In this document: in pieces, positions 44,077-53,304 of the stretch
How the letters are laid out: every line of letters starts with the position of its first letter
Position numbering within the stretch: the stretch's first letter is position 1
Assembly: GCA_963765025.1 (NCBI GenBank)
Contig: CAVXVM010000106.1
Coordinates: 49,017 to 113,016, forward strand
Direction of reading: 5' to 3'
DNA length: 64,000 nucleotides
DNA from: an uncultured Acidobacteriaceae bacterium
GTDB taxonomy: Bacteria; Acidobacteriota; Terriglobia; Terriglobales; Acidobacteriaceae
Notes under the pieces: model-generated
Databases searched by the model: none
Told to the model about the DNA's origin: nothing
The model's input: only the letters and a program-made list of their open reading frames with translations
Translations under genes and position numbers: made by a program

Positions 44077-45468
44077 CTACAGCCCATAACTCGCTTTGTC
44101 GTACAGGCTGCCATATTGTGCTTCGAGATCGACCAAGAGCGCGTCCTCTTCGGCCGGAAATCTCTCCAAGGCTTCGTCAATGCGCGCAAGCCATTGCAAC
44201 TCTTTTCGGGAGAGATGGAGTTTTTGCTCCGCAACGCCATCCTTCAGAACTTGAACTGCGGCGCGGCCGGCGGCAATTACGCGATGGTACGGCGTGTCCG
44301 TCGTGACGATTGCGGCGGCGATACGAATTGTAGCGTCGGGTGAGAGTACGGCAGCCTGGGGGCTCAACCACTCGTCCGATGCCACCATCCAGTTGCGCAA
44401 TTGCAGGGCTCCGCCCGGAGCGCGGGCGGCCGTGTTCATCAACCGGCAATCGTAGGCAAGGAGTTCGGTATAGGCTTCCGGCGCGTTGCCGGAGAGCAGG
44501 CGCACATTCTGCACCGACTCGTTACTCCACAGGTCGCACATCGCGGCGGCGATGTTGCCAACGGGGCTGAAGTGCGCGCAACTGGCCGACTTGCCCTCCA
44601 TCGAAATTGGGCGGCCTGTAATTGCTTTGAGGATAGGTCCCTCGTAGGCGCAATCTTTCGATGGACCAACGGCGCCCTGCTCGAAGGCAGAGAGGCTGCG
44701 TACCGCGCTCATCGCGCGAACCACCGCGGCGAGCACCTCGGGAAGCATTTTCTGGTGGGCGAGTTGCATGGCGGTATTTGCGAATCCGCATGCGGAGTCG
44801 CCACCACTCACGACGCCGGGATGCGCCGCGCAGATCTCGCCAATCTGCGCCCACAGCCAGGACATATCTCTTGGGGCCAGCACCCCGAGGGCAAAGACGA
44901 TGCCTGAGAAATCCCCGTACATCAGCGCCTGGTCGTGGACCTCCTTACCGCCGATCGATTCGATGGAGAGGATGTCGGCTCCTGCCTCGGCGCATAGTTC
45001 CAACGATCGCTTGAGCCGCTGCCACGGTTGGCCCGTGCGCATCAAGGGCGGCTTTTGCTGATCGCGAATGTCGGTGGGTGTGACGCGCAGAGCGCAGGAT
45101 AGATGATATTTCTCATGCGCGGTTACGAGTTGCCTTTTGAGAACCGCGGTGATCTCTGCCCCCCACTCTGGATGGTCTGTCATGGGCGGCAGAAGTTCAA
45201 ATTCAAGGACGATGCCGGGAACGCCAAGCGAAACAGCGCGGCGCAGAATTTGCGATGCCATCTCGTCGTAGTGAGCCACAACGTCCGGCCAGGTCCCGGA
45301 CTCGATATTCATGGCCGGCAGGGTAAAGTTGACCTCAGGGAATACTTGGCCAGCACCAATGGTCAAGCCAAGGCCACAAGCAAGCGGAAGTGGACTTGCA
45401 CCGTACAGAAGCTCATCGGGACGTTGAACGGCGAGCGTTGAGTATTTGAGGAGAGTCTCGGTGATCAT
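44077..45468 (-). CDS. mtaB: Methanol:corrinoid methyltransferase MtaB homologue
   Basis: 463 aa. Colinear blocks match my recollection of Methanosarcina MtaB: EVNFTLP, VLEFELL, HPEWGAEI, CALRVTPTDIR, EAGADILSIESIGGKEV, GGDSACGFANTAM, RSLSAFEQGAVGPSKDCAYEGPILKAITGRPISMEGKSASCAHFS, LWSNESV, LAYDCRLMNTA, end ASYGL. Confidence 0.85.
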   Translation of the reverse strand: MITETLLKYSTLAVQRPDELLYGASPLPLACGLGLTIGAGQVFPEVNFTLPAMNIESGTWPDVVAHYDEMASQILRRAVSLGVPGIVLEFELLPPMTDHPEWGAEITAVLKRQLVTAHEKYHLSCALRVTPTDIRDQQKPPLMRTGQPWQRLKRSLELCAEAGADILSIESIGGKEVHDQALMYGDFSGIVFALGVLAPRDMSWLWAQIGEICAAHPGVVSGGDSACGFANTAMQLAHQKMLPEVLAAVVRAMSAVRSLSAFEQGAVGPSKDCAYEGPILKAITGRPISMEGKSASCAHFSPVGNIAAAMCDLWSNESVQNVRLLSGNAPEAYTELLAYDCRLMNTAARAPGGALQLRNWMVASDEWLSPQAAVLSPDATIRIAAAIVTTDTPYHRVIAAGRAAVQVLKDGVAEQKLHLSRKELQWLARIDEALERFPAEEDALLVDLEAQYGSLYDKASYGL

Positions 45469-45471
45469 TAC

Positions 45472-46110
45472 TTATGCCACTGCCAGGAGACTCTTGACCA
45501 GGCCGACCGCGCCATTGGCATTCTCACTGTAGCCGTCAGCGCCAATCTCTTTGGCGTACTGACTGGTCACGGGCGCACCGCCAAGAAGGACCTTTACCTG
45601 GGTGCGTACGCCAGCCTTGCTTAGCGCGTCAATGGTTGTCTTCATCGCGGGCATGGTTACGGTAAGCAGCGCCGACATGCACACGATATGGGGTTGACGC
45701 TCCTTGACGGCTGCGACAAACGCCTCTGGCGAAACATCCGCGCCAAGATCGATCACTTCGAAGCCGCTGCCCTCGAGCATGGAGGCCACAATGTTCTTGC
45801 CGATATCGTGAAGGTCGCCCTTGACTGTTCCGATGATGATGCGCACAGCCATCTTCTGCCCGGAGGCAACGAGCAGCGGCTTGATCAGTTCCATGGCGCT
45901 CTTCATGGCGCGACCAGCAAGCAAAAGCTCGGGGACAAAGTACTCCTCGGCTTCGAAGAGCTTTCCGACTTCGTCCATGGCGGGCACCATGGAGTCGGCA
46001 ATTAGCTGCATTGGTTCCGCGCCCTCTGCCAGAGCCATTTCAGTGGCAGCGTGTGCCCTTTTCGCATCGCCGTTGAGAATCGCTTCGAAGAGTTCTTTAG
46101 ACTGTGCCAT
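45472..46110 (-). CDS. mtaC: Corrinoid (cobalamin-binding) protein, MtaC-like
   Basis: N-terminal B12-binding_2 helical cap plus Rossmann domain with GDLHDIGKN (DxHxxG), SALLT and LLGGAP. Confidence 0.9.
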   Translation of the reverse strand: MAQSKELFEAILNGDAKRAHAATEMALAEGAEPMQLIADSMVPAMDEVGKLFEAEEYFVPELLLAGRAMKSAMELIKPLLVASGQKMAVRIIIGTVKGDLHDIGKNIVASMLEGSGFEVIDLGADVSPEAFVAAVKERQPHIVCMSALLTVTMPAMKTTIDALSKAGVRTQVKVLLGGAPVTSQYAKEIGADGYSENANGAVGLVKSLLAVA

Positions 46111-46708
46111 ATTCTTCTTCCTCTAAACTGAAGTCGCCAGGATCAATCGGTCCGCGCATACGCGCGGCCGGCATGAATCTCTGGATGTAGTGACCGAGGG
46201 TGAAAATCATCACGCTGCCTATTGCCTCTGAGGTTATGCTATTGCGAAAAAACGGGAGTGCCGCAGAGTAGCAGGCTCCGAGCCCACCTGGAGTCTTGGG
46301 ATACATGCCCCATTCAGCCCACACAGTGAGGTTGCTCACCACAAAGAATGACAGCGAAGCAAACAAGGAAGATCCAAGTACCCGGCGGGATGAAATGGAA
46401 CCACCCAAGACCGTGCCACCGAGGAACAAGGCAACCAGGTACCAGATCCATGTAACGGCATGACCTGGAGTGAGTGCGAAGCCGTACTGGTGCGTGGTTA
46501 AAAAGATGTCGACGGCCACAAGAGCGAGAAGCGGGATGCCGAATTCCCGCCTGGGCCTACACGCTCCAAAAAAGAGAAGGCATGAGAAAACAGGTATCAG
46601 GTTATTGGGGCAGATGAGACTCAAACGAAGCACTGCGGCCCCTGCGATGAGAATGTACGGAAGGACCACAAGTTGTTTTCCACTGAGACGCTTGATCGTG
46701 AATATCAT
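46097..46708 (-). CDS. DUF6580-like membrane protein (putative corrinoid/vitamin uptake component)
   Basis: About 6 TM segments. NNLIPVFSCLLFFGA and SNLTVWAEWGMYPKTPGGLGACYSAALPFFRNS resemble DUF6580 as I recall it. GGAAGG lies 5 nt before ATG 46708. Overlaps mtaC by 14 nt. Confidence 0.55.
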   Translation of the reverse strand: MIFTIKRLSGKQLVVLPYILIAGAAVLRLSLICPNNLIPVFSCLLFFGACRPRREFGIPLLALVAVDIFLTTHQYGFALTPGHAVTWIWYLVALFLGGTVLGGSISSRRVLGSSLFASLSFFVVSNLTVWAEWGMYPKTPGGLGACYSAALPFFRNSITSEAIGSVMIFTLGHYIQRFMPAARMRGPIDPGDFSLEEEEYGTV

Positions 46709-47292
46709 GAATTCCTTCCGTGCCACTCTCGGGCGGCCTTTTGGCCGCCGCTGAATGCTGCCTTGCATTCTCATCGCTTAGCATTGCGCCAGACCCTCGA
46801 CGGGCCGCTCGCTGGTGCGACAGCGTGAGGCAACCCAGCCGAGAAGATGCTCGGTTAAGTGAGATACTAACCCCAAACTACAGATCGCTAACTTGGATGT
46901 CTTCTCCATCCGTGTCTAATAGTGGTTAATTCTTGCGCGATCCTCGAACGAGCCCAGCGTCGCGACAACTGCCAGGCAGGTCCGGAACAGATGGATTGCC
47001 AAAGCCCCTTTAAACCGCGTCAATTGTCTCTTCGATGGGTCGCCCCGCCCCTTGATTGAAATTTTCGCGTCCCGCATTGGATTAGTTCGAGACAGCTACC
47101 GCCGCAAGCGGATCCCAGCCTCCGAGCGCTGAACCCTAGCTCCTTCCGGGCGCGCCTCGGGAGTAGAAGGACTTCATCGTTACGCTCCAGATGTCCTTCT
47201 ACCCTGCATGCTCAAAAACCTTCCCCCCATGCACCCGGTTGGTTTTACTCCGCCCTCGACCAAGGATGTCTTCACGCTTTTCGTATACGAAA

Positions 47293-49575
47293 TCAGGCCG
47301 AATGCGGGTAGAGTGTCTCGACCCTTCCCCCGGGCCCTTTCACGCGATCATTTCCATTGCGTTTGGTTTCCGGGGGATGCCGCAACGTTACGGAAACGGA
47401 ATCTGTCGTTGGAGACAAGGTGACGATTCCATCCTCTGCATTGACGGTTCCTGTACTCGCTGAGGCAATGTTGCCTTTGAAGGCAGGCAAGTTGAAGATG
47501 ACGTCTCCGTTCCTTACATCTCCCCAAATCCGCAGCTCAATTGTGGATGGACCCGAGGTGATCCTGAAACTGATCTTGTGGCCTTCATTCACATTCACAT
47601 TTGCCCACTCCACGACACTTCCCGGTTCCAGCCAGTAGTCTGGGATGCCGCGGCCGATGATGATCGTGCCGTCGTTTTTGACGGAGGCGCACATTTGAAG
47701 CAATGCCTGCTTGGTAAAGCTGGCTCCCCAGCTATCAAGATTTCCATAGCTTACGGGTGGCACATACAACCCGACCCAGGCATCCCTTCCCTTGTATTCG
47801 AATGCCTCAGACCAGTTGTAGGGCGCGCACTGGTTCTCAAGCTGAAACTCGAGATTTTTGGCCACCTCCGTCCTGTATGTGTCGGAGTAGAGACACTGCA
47901 GCCCGGCACTACAGTTGTACGCGGTCCCGTAAGTCACTTGCCCCCACCACGTGCCCCAGCTTCCTTCGGGGATTCCTTTTCTATCCCGCACCGCCAGGGC
48001 GTGGCGAATGGAATCGTCAAACTTTTCTTTCCAGAATCCGCCGAGTTCGAATCCCTTCAAATATGCGCCCCAGGGAAATGTGCTCAAGGCTCCCGAGTAA
48101 GGAACCCAGGAATAATCTGAATCGCCATATCGCTCCAAGGTGACATCGTCGAACCCGCCCTCGTAATAGTCCGTGTGCCGGCGTGCACTGGTCTGGCTCA
48201 GAGCCCTGTTCAGTCTATCGTTCAAATCGGCCATCTCCCTGGCGGCCCATTCCGCTTCGTCCGTCTCGCCAAGACGCTTGCATATATATTGATATGCCTG
48301 AAGCCCATGAAGTGCCGACCAGTTGTCGCAGAGCAAATAGTCTCCATCGTCCGCCCAGTTTTCGAAATCCTGCGATTTCTTCATCAGCCCATAATGCTCT
48401 TTATCGTTGAATGACCTCAACGCGTGTATATTGCGAACGGCTTTTTTGAGTTCCTCCCGAACCGGCACGGTAAAGTAGGCCAGGTCTCCGGTGCTGCGCA
48501 GATACTCGGCGTACGGAATGAGGTACTTGCCGAGCGTGTCTTCGTAGATGGGATCCGTCGCCTCCCTGCCTCTCCAGGTGGTGCTGTTGGAGGCCTTGAA
48601 ATACTTGCTGGCCAACATCCTTTTTGCAATTTCGAAGTCTCCCTCTCTCATATATTGATCGACATAATTTGGAGCATCGTGGGAAAAGGGCTGGTCGTAG
48701 TTGTCATTGTTGAAAGGATTCCTGGGTGCCGCGTGAATCTCATAGTCCTCCCCGTTCTTCACCATGTTTTCCCAGGTCGTGATTTGAATGGATTTGTACA
48801 TTTCGACCATTCCGGCCACGGGAAGGCTGATTGGCTCCGCCAGGCCTGCCATGCGGCCGTTCCAATACCTCGCCATGGCCTCGTAGTTGGAGTCGAACCC
48901 ACCTGCCGATTTCAACACCGCGGGATCAACCGGAGAGCCCGCGGCAAATGCCACGAAATCCCTCGTAACCGAATCCCCCGGGTTTACGGAAAAATCGAAG
49001 TACATGTCAGCATTGCTCTGGCCTGTGCACTCTGCTGTAAGCGGTATCTCTATGTCCGGGCGTGAACTCACGTTGAGCCGAACAACCTTGGGAACCGAGC
49101 CTGTACTTGTGACACGGACGCGCGAGTACACTGCGGTGAGACGGTCAGCAAGGACACGATGGGCGAAGTGCTGAATCTCCACGCGAAACGCTCCGGCCAT
49201 CCACTGGGAGATGGGACACGGAAGATAACCATCCCTCAAAAACCACTTGATTCGTGATTTGCGGTCGAGGGCGAACTCGTCCGGGACATAGGTCGCTCCA
49301 TCCACTGTAACCGTGAACTGGATAACGTCTTCCAGTCCCGGCGCGACTCCTCCCCCCATGAAGGTCCACGATTTTGGATGATCGTTCTCCCATCCGATAT
49401 ACAACCATTTCAAAAGATCATAGTCGTAATATGGCGATCTGCCTGCACGTTTGGGCTCTTCCTGGCCAGGCACTGGAAGTGCGGCTTCAGGCACCGCATT
49501 GACACATTGAGCTCGCACAACGAGGCCAGCCGCAATGGTCTGTAACCCGCACTTCACGAAACCGCGTCGGTTCAT
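47293..49575 (-). CDS. Tat-exported hypothetical protein, probably a glycoside hydrolase
   Basis: 760 aa with twin-arginine signal MNRRGFVKCGL. No family recognised by eye. Last gene of the glycan operon. Confidence 0.6.
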   Translation of the reverse strand: MNRRGFVKCGLQTIAAGLVVRAQCVNAVPEAALPVPGQEEPKRAGRSPYYDYDLLKWLYIGWENDHPKSWTFMGGGVAPGLEDVIQFTVTVDGATYVPDEFALDRKSRIKWFLRDGYLPCPISQWMAGAFRVEIQHFAHRVLADRLTAVYSRVRVTSTGSVPKVVRLNVSSRPDIEIPLTAECTGQSNADMYFDFSVNPGDSVTRDFVAFAAGSPVDPAVLKSAGGFDSNYEAMARYWNGRMAGLAEPISLPVAGMVEMYKSIQITTWENMVKNGEDYEIHAAPRNPFNNDNYDQPFSHDAPNYVDQYMREGDFEIAKRMLASKYFKASNSTTWRGREATDPIYEDTLGKYLIPYAEYLRSTGDLAYFTVPVREELKKAVRNIHALRSFNDKEHYGLMKKSQDFENWADDGDYLLCDNWSALHGLQAYQYICKRLGETDEAEWAAREMADLNDRLNRALSQTSARRHTDYYEGGFDDVTLERYGDSDYSWVPYSGALSTFPWGAYLKGFELGGFWKEKFDDSIRHALAVRDRKGIPEGSWGTWWGQVTYGTAYNCSAGLQCLYSDTYRTEVAKNLEFQLENQCAPYNWSEAFEYKGRDAWVGLYVPPVSYGNLDSWGASFTKQALLQMCASVKNDGTIIIGRGIPDYWLEPGSVVEWANVNVNEGHKISFRITSGPSTIELRIWGDVRNGDVIFNLPAFKGNIASASTGTVNAEDGIVTLSPTTDSVSVTLRHPPETKRNGNDRVKGPGGRVETLYPHSA

Positions 49576-49659
49576 TTCAATTCTCCAAATGGCGAAGTTG
49601 CGTTAAGGACCTCAGTTAACTCCGGGAAGCTCGATGATCTTTTCGGAGTTGTTTCGATC

Positions 49660-50991
49660 TTAGCTTCGCAAAAAGCGCTCATTGAGGGTGCGATGCCATT
49701 GCACGTTTTTCCAATTTGCGAACTGGGGTTGGGCGTAGTTGAAAGGCGTCCAGCCCCAGAACTTGCAGGCAATTGCATCGTCTACTGACCACTTTGCCCA
49801 ATCCAGCAGCCAACCCCAGTCCAACCTTGGATCGTCGATGTAGTACCACGTAGCCCACGATTCAGAAGTCGTCAACGGCATGCCGCGCCGCTCGGCCCAT
49901 CCCGCAAACTGCGACGCCTTGAATCTCTGGCGCGCGCGCAACATCGGCGCCATAGCCGCTGCGGTCTTGATCGAGCGATCGGAAAACTCTTTGAACCAAC
50001 GGTCGTTCTGGAAGATTCCGTCATCAACAAACTCATCGAAGCGCGTTCGCTCAGTCCAGCGCGGGTCGGCATCAGCATAGAAGTGCACATCGAGGCAGTC
50101 GAGTTCAAGCGGCACGTCGAGCCAGCGCAAGTCGCCGTGAATCGACGTGGTGAAGCGCAACTCGGGAAACTCCCGCCGCAACAGGCCGAACGCCTTGTTG
50201 ATCTCACCGGCGAGGAAGGAAATCTGGGCTGGCGAGAAGATGTCGCCCTCATTGAAGCTGGCGCCTGTCTCCTTTTTTAATCTCTCCTGCAAGTCCGGGA
50301 AGAAGTAGGGAGTTTCGTTGGCGATGTCGACATAGATAATTCGATCCAATCCGAATCGTTTCTTCCACTCGGTCAACGTGACAGCCCACATCTCCGCTCC
50401 TTCCGCCATGTTCGCAGGCTTGCGAAGAGCAAAAGGCACAGGGGGAGATGTTGGAGATCCAGGCATGAACCACCAACCGCTCAATGTGTAGTGGAGCGAA
50501 CTCCGCTTTTGCAACTTCTCGATGAATTCCGTGACCCAAACTGCCACCGGGCCTTTCACGGCTGTATTCCAATTCCATGGCATATAGGGCTGGTGCGGAT
50601 CGGGCCATTCCAGAATGCGTTCGGGCTTGCTGAAGTCGAGCCACTGCGGCATCGGATCAATGCGCAAAGTGTTGTAGCCCCGCTCGACTGCCTCATCCAG
50701 AACACGGTCATAATCCGCGAAGCTGCCGCCGGGCTGATGACGGAGCGCGTACGCCACATCCCACATGGCAATCGTCAATCGCCTAGGATTCAGGTGATCG
50801 CGCATGTCGTAGTCACCAATCCGACTTATCGCGGCGTGGGAAGACCTATCGCTTGCTACTTGCATAGGTAATTGAGCGGAGCCCCGAGCGCTTTGCGCGG
50901 CCTCCTGGGCAGCGACATCCCTGCCGCTGGTCAACGCCGTCAACGCACCAGCTGTTCCGTATGCAATGAGTTCACGCCTCGATACTGGCAT
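49660..50991 (-). CDS. Tat-exported TIM-barrel (cellulase-like) hydrolase family protein, tentative
   Basis: 443 aa with signal MPVSRRELIAYGTAGAL. GYNTLRIDPMPQW is suggestive of a clan GH-A-like fold. Confidence 0.5.
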   Translation of the reverse strand: MPVSRRELIAYGTAGALTALTSGRDVAAQEAAQSARGSAQLPMQVASDRSSHAAISRIGDYDMRDHLNPRRLTIAMWDVAYALRHQPGGSFADYDRVLDEAVERGYNTLRIDPMPQWLDFSKPERILEWPDPHQPYMPWNWNTAVKGPVAVWVTEFIEKLQKRSSLHYTLSGWWFMPGSPTSPPVPFALRKPANMAEGAEMWAVTLTEWKKRFGLDRIIYVDIANETPYFFPDLQERLKKETGASFNEGDIFSPAQISFLAGEINKAFGLLRREFPELRFTTSIHGDLRWLDVPLELDCLDVHFYADADPRWTERTRFDEFVDDGIFQNDRWFKEFSDRSIKTAAAMAPMLRARQRFKASQFAGWAERRGMPLTTSESWATWYYIDDPRLDWGWLLDWAKWSVDDAIACKFWGWTPFNYAQPQFANWKNVQWHRTLNERFLRS

Positions 50992-51123
50992 TTCTTTGTT
51001 CTCCTTCTATCGTCAGAGCGTTCCTGCGAGATAGTTCAAATCCAATCCTTGTCTTTCCCATACGAGCGCTCACAAGGCCTCTTAGAAATTCCGCGACTCC
51101 ATCAACCGCGAGTAACGAGCAAT

Positions 51124-53178
51124 CTATGCAGGCTGCGGCTTTACTGTAACCTTTCCCCCGTTGGATGAAATGGTGTAAAGCCTGCCGCCGGCTGGTACGT
51201 TGTGCAACTCCAGGTTCTCTGTCAACATTTCGTTCTGCAATCCAAAGGGATGTCCGCTGGCGTCGATATCATAGAGTGCTTCAATGCCGATCTGGCAGAG
51301 CAGCGCGCCCCAGGTGTAGTGAGGATGATCGTCTCCGGTTCCGTCCGTGCTGCGGTAGTTCTCATTGCATGTGCCGCGTGCTTCCCAGTTGCGCATGAAG
51401 AGGCTCACGCTGCGACGGGCAAACTCGGCTTGCTGCAGCGGCGTGCCATAGCGCCGCAGTCCCTGCCAGATCAGGTAGTTCACCGGCCCCCAAACGTGGC
51501 CCTTCCAGTATTCCTGCGTTGCGTATTCAGGATCGTCATAAGGCAGAGTCGGGATCAACCAGGGTCCCCAGAATTTCCCCGGATCGGTGAGAGTTTGCAG
51601 AACGCGCTGTGCCCGCTCAGAATCGGGGGTGCCACAGATGAGCGGATAGAAGTTCATCGGCGTAATGCGAGTCAAGAAAGCCCCCGGCTTGCTGTCTTCA
51701 CTCCATAGCCGCGTGCAATAGAGCCCTAACTCGTCATTCCAGAGCGTGGCATTGATGCGCCGATTCATTTCCAGATGCTCGGCATGAAGCCGCTCTGCAT
51801 CTGCCGGCCGGCCGAGCACAACCGCCATTTTCGACAGGATCTCTGCATCGAGCGACCAGAGGGAATTCAGGTCCACCGCATCGGCCGTCATCTGTCCCCG
51901 CTCAAACCCGGCCCCATCGAAGTGCGGTGTGTCGTCCCACCCGGTCGCCAACCGGGCTAGCCTGAAATCAACCTTTGACCCCCACTCCAGCAGGCCGTTC
52001 TTATTCCCATCGCTATGTTTCGGCCACCAATCATGCCAGCGCAGCAATCGAGGATAGACCTCTTGCAGAAACTGCTGATCACTCCAGCGCTGGTAGAGTT
52101 TCCATGCGCAAAGCGAGGTAACCGGAGGATTGGAACAGGCCGAGTTGACGAACGATCCCGTGCCCGTAGGCCACTCGGTCACCTGCGAGATCATGCCGTC
52201 AGGCAGTTGATAGCGCAGTACAGTTCGTATCGTCTCCATGGCTGTCGACGGATCTTCAATGGAGGCAAGAAGTCCATTGAACGAGCTGTCCCATGTGAAG
52301 TAGGGAAGAAAGTCAGGATCTTTGACCAGCCAGCCGCTTCTCCCGATGACATTACCGACCCGTTTCGTCAGGCTGCTGTAGAGCCGGTTGTTGTTCAGAT
52401 TGTCGGTGATTGCGCCGACGAAATCTCCCCAGGCGCCATGCGCTTGGGCGCGATGGGCCGAATAGCGGGAGCGGGCAAGATCGATGGTCGCGTCGACCGA
52501 ACTGAGTGCCGGCAAAGCTGAAAAACCCGCAACAAAACAGGCGGCATGATCTGGCGTTATCTGCAATTCGACGGACGAATCTCTGTCCAGATGAACTGCG
52601 TGCAGGGATGCAGGATCGGCCCGCAAACTCCACAGGATGTACTCTCCATCGGGGGTGATTGCGTACGCATCCAGGCCATCGGTCGCGGCGCGAACGACAT
52701 GGAAAAAGGGGCGCCACGGATTGGTGGGGATTGTCATCTGGAGTTTTGCATTGCGATCGGCGCGAATGCGAAACACGGCAGCCTCCGGGCCCACTCGTCC
52801 CCATTCGACAGTGAGATTGGCGCCGTCCGCTTGCGTATTCCATGTACAGTACGAAAAGTCCGGCGAAGCAGAGCCGGGGCGGCCTGTGCTGTCAGACCCA
52901 ATGTCCAGCACAATTCCTGCCTTGTTGTCTCGGATAAAGGCGACAGCTCCGGGAAGAAGGGCATGGACATTGCCAATGAGCGTACGAGCTCTGACCACGA
53001 GAGGCGGCTCGGGAACGCGCGCATCCGTGTTCTTCGCGGCAGCTTCCGCGCCGGCAATTGTCGAGGGCTGCACCTTGCCGAAAATCCGTGGCGAAAGCAA
53101 CGAAGCGGCTGCACCGGCAAACGCTGAGCCGAGAAATCCACGCCGTGAAACTCGTCCCAACGTTCTTTTGCTTGCCAT
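51124..53178 (-). CDS. Tat-exported (alpha/alpha)6 glycoside hydrolase, GH63/GH37-like
   Basis: 684 aa with signal VSRRGFLGSAFAG. GWDDTPHFDG and YWKGHVWGPVNYLIWQGLRRYG are typical of the GH63/trehalase-like catalytic domain. Confidence 0.6.
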   Translation of the reverse strand: MASKRTLGRVSRRGFLGSAFAGAAASLLSPRIFGKVQPSTIAGAEAAAKNTDARVPEPPLVVRARTLIGNVHALLPGAVAFIRDNKAGIVLDIGSDSTGRPGSASPDFSYCTWNTQADGANLTVEWGRVGPEAAVFRIRADRNAKLQMTIPTNPWRPFFHVVRAATDGLDAYAITPDGEYILWSLRADPASLHAVHLDRDSSVELQITPDHAACFVAGFSALPALSSVDATIDLARSRYSAHRAQAHGAWGDFVGAITDNLNNNRLYSSLTKRVGNVIGRSGWLVKDPDFLPYFTWDSSFNGLLASIEDPSTAMETIRTVLRYQLPDGMISQVTEWPTGTGSFVNSACSNPPVTSLCAWKLYQRWSDQQFLQEVYPRLLRWHDWWPKHSDGNKNGLLEWGSKVDFRLARLATGWDDTPHFDGAGFERGQMTADAVDLNSLWSLDAEILSKMAVVLGRPADAERLHAEHLEMNRRINATLWNDELGLYCTRLWSEDSKPGAFLTRITPMNFYPLICGTPDSERAQRVLQTLTDPGKFWGPWLIPTLPYDDPEYATQEYWKGHVWGPVNYLIWQGLRRYGTPLQQAEFARRSVSLFMRNWEARGTCNENYRSTDGTGDDHPHYTWGALLCQIGIEALYDIDASGHPFGLQNEMLTENLELHNVPAGGRLYTISSNGGKVTVKPQPA

Positions 53179-53304
53179 TTACATCCCCTTGCAGATCATA
53201 AGAGATTTGTATGGATTGGCCCCGCCAGGTTCATACACCAATCGATCCGTTGTTCTCTGGGGCGCGAGGTCGAACTCCAACAGCCGCCAGTGTGAGTTGC
53301 GATT

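Noticed and set aside
46780-47160. Annotating a cobalamin riboswitch as a feature
   Set aside because: Only a B12-box-like motif and loose matches to the core could be placed by eye, and two incompatible alignments are possible. It is left as a finding that needs a covariance-model search.
47293-47400. Possible 3' frameshift in the 760-aa gene (odd tail RHPPETKRNGNDRVKGPGGRVETLYPHSA next to a C5 run)
   Set aside because: Alternative frames end quickly (for example ...VAASPGNQTQWK*), but I have no family consensus with which to decide. The case is not strong enough to report.
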